This document shows positions 62,218 through 64,000 of a stretch of DNA of 64,000 nt, piece after piece. Within the stretch, counting starts at the first letter, position 1, and each line of letters begins with the position of its first letter. The DNA is taken from NCBI GenBank assembly GCA_026023565.1, contig JAPETS010000003.1, forward strand, positions 124,001 to 188,000, written 5' to 3'. The stretch is from Cirrosporium novae-zelandiae. Its lineage: Eukaryota. Both the position numbers and the translations under genes were made by a program. The notes beneath the pieces were generated by a model. It saw only the letters and a list, made by a program, of their open reading frames with translations. It had not been told where the DNA came from and did no database searches.

Positions 62218-63018
62218 CCCCCGGTGGACGAGGTCTGATAACCCCGCTGGATATATCACGGGTTAAATCCAAAGAGTTTTCATGTCAGCCATTTAGCACG
62301 TATTTGTCCATAGTTACCATGGATCAATAATATATAACATCCGTTACCTTCATACCCCAAAATACCCCAAACATGTATGCAATGGCTAAAATATCATCAT
62401 AGGCTATTTACCCTCATAATATAAGGTGACAACAGCACAAGGCTAGAATAGAAACTAAGGCTGAAAGAAGAAGGTAATGACGTGGAATAGATAGGCTATA
62501 CGGGCCGCTGGAACGAGAGACTGGTGATTAACGGTTATACTCGAGTATTCCCATCTACAAGAGCATTCCACAATCTTGGATAAGATCCCTATAGCCTAAA
62601 TTCCAATCCATTCATTGGTATAAATATTCATAGTCTGCCACCGAATAACCTTAGTCTCGGAGAACCTGACTCTCGGAATTATTGGAATTCTTCTATTCCT
62701 CATCCTCTCGCATCCATTCTCCTGACCCCATCAAAAAAGGAAAAGAAAAGGAAAAAACAAGTTATTCGTTGATGATATATGCCACTTTCACATAACCGCC
62801 TGAAGAGGCTATCAGAAAAGGATCAGACTAATTAATAAGCTCATGCGAGATCCCAATCAATCAGTTTTGTCGAAGCGAATTAATAATTCCACCAACGCCA
62901 TCGCTTAAACCTGGCATGAAACATGATCTAATGTGCCGCCGCGGCGCAGTCAGCTTAACAGCCTGAATTAGAAAAGAAAAGGACGGACTGCTCCATCCCA
63001 CAGCTAATCGCGGAAGGC

Positions 63019-64000
63019 TCAGAAGATGTTCAGAATCTCTATAATACCCCCGAGAATCGAGATATTTGCCGTGTATAAGCCACGTCGAAGTCCCCTTGGG
63101 TCAGGACCATGTTTATCAAGAATTCCATGAAAGGCCATCTTGGTTCCATCAGGATTGATGGCTGCACCGCCTGGGCCGATGAGGTCTGGATAAAATCCCG
63201 TCTTGAGCAACGGTATTTCTGCCCGCGTATAAGGACCAGTAATCTGATCAGCCACGGCATAATTCACATCATAATTAGGTGTCGTAAAGCAATTGCTACT
63301 ATACGAGAGCACATATTTTCCATCGCTTGTTTTGATCAAATCAGGAGCTTCAATTAGAGGCCCGTCAGCATCTATTCGGTCAAGAATTTCCACAGGGTCT
63401 CCTTGGGGAGTGATACCATCTGCCTCGACAGCTTGTAACATTATAGGAGTCGGCTGGATTGGGGGTACTGTATTTCCACACACTCCACCGTGGCCATTGC
63501 TATTGCCATCAACCTTGTACACAACATAACGTTGCCCATCGGTATCTTGAAACCCAGCGGGGTCAATTGCACCCCCCTGGTCTAGGGGACACGCGAAAAC
63601 GTCCTCCCTGGGTATATAAGGGCCTTGGATGTTTAGGGACATTGCAGCGCCCACACAGTGTTTTCTTGGATTTGAATACATATTTGCGCAATAGTACATA
63701 ACAAAAGAGCCATCATCCTGAAGAAAAAATGACAGTCAGTCTCAGATCCGAATTCACATTAAATCAATGTACACGGAAGTATTTTCATACCAGTTGCACG
63801 ACATCAGGGGCCCATATCCCCTTGTTCATTGCCCACTTGGGAAGGGTTGGTAAGGCATCTATCTCGGTCAAATTCCAGTTTCCGAAATCTGTAGATGTCG
63901 CAAATGGAATGTGTAAGTTGTCGTTATTGGTAGAAAATGCATACCAAGAATCGTTAACTTGAATAATGGCTGGGTCAGGGAAATTCTCATCAATAACAGG
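63019..64000 (-). CDS. glycoside hydrolase family 43 (5' end outside the window)
   Basis: NFPDPAII, IWAPDVVQL, intron 63718-63790, GGAIDP, LIEAP, IGPGG; the GH43 catalytic D/D/E motifs. Confidence 0.9.

Overview
Eukaryotic (filamentous ascomycete, Pezizomycotina-type) nuclear DNA with short GT-AG spliceosomal introns; the taxon is inferred from protein families and intron signals. About 21 protein-coding genes can be built by hand: an alpha/beta-hydrolase, UTP8-like, MRP17 (bS6m), MGM1, DUG3, a C2H2-like protein, an F-box-like protein, a PIG-Y/Eri1-domain protein, a ZRG17-like CDF transporter, a Shg1/BOD1-domain RD-rich protein, an NDUFC2-like complex I subunit, CHS7, PUB1, a Med2/Med29-like protein, a FUSC/ArAE-type membrane protein, an S28 peptidase, an amidohydrolase-2 decarboxylase, a DUF1479 oxygenase-like protein, a fungal transcription factor with a half Zn-cluster, a partial GH43 and two orphans. 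The most notable non-coding signals are: (1) a candidate RNA polymerase III gene at about 28.0-28.47 kb (minus strand; TATA, consensus A and B boxes, many hairpins, T-runs) that is not a tRNA; (2) three in-frame donors and two in-frame acceptors at one PUB1 RRM1 intron; (3) two families of TA-flanked MITE-like palindromic elements, one present in two copies; (4) a recurrent C-rich to G-rich switch at the 3' ends of genes that face microsatellite-rich convergent intergenic blocks; (5) a roughly 7 kb ORF-poor region at 31.3-38.2 kb. All family calls are by motif recognition only; no database search was run.
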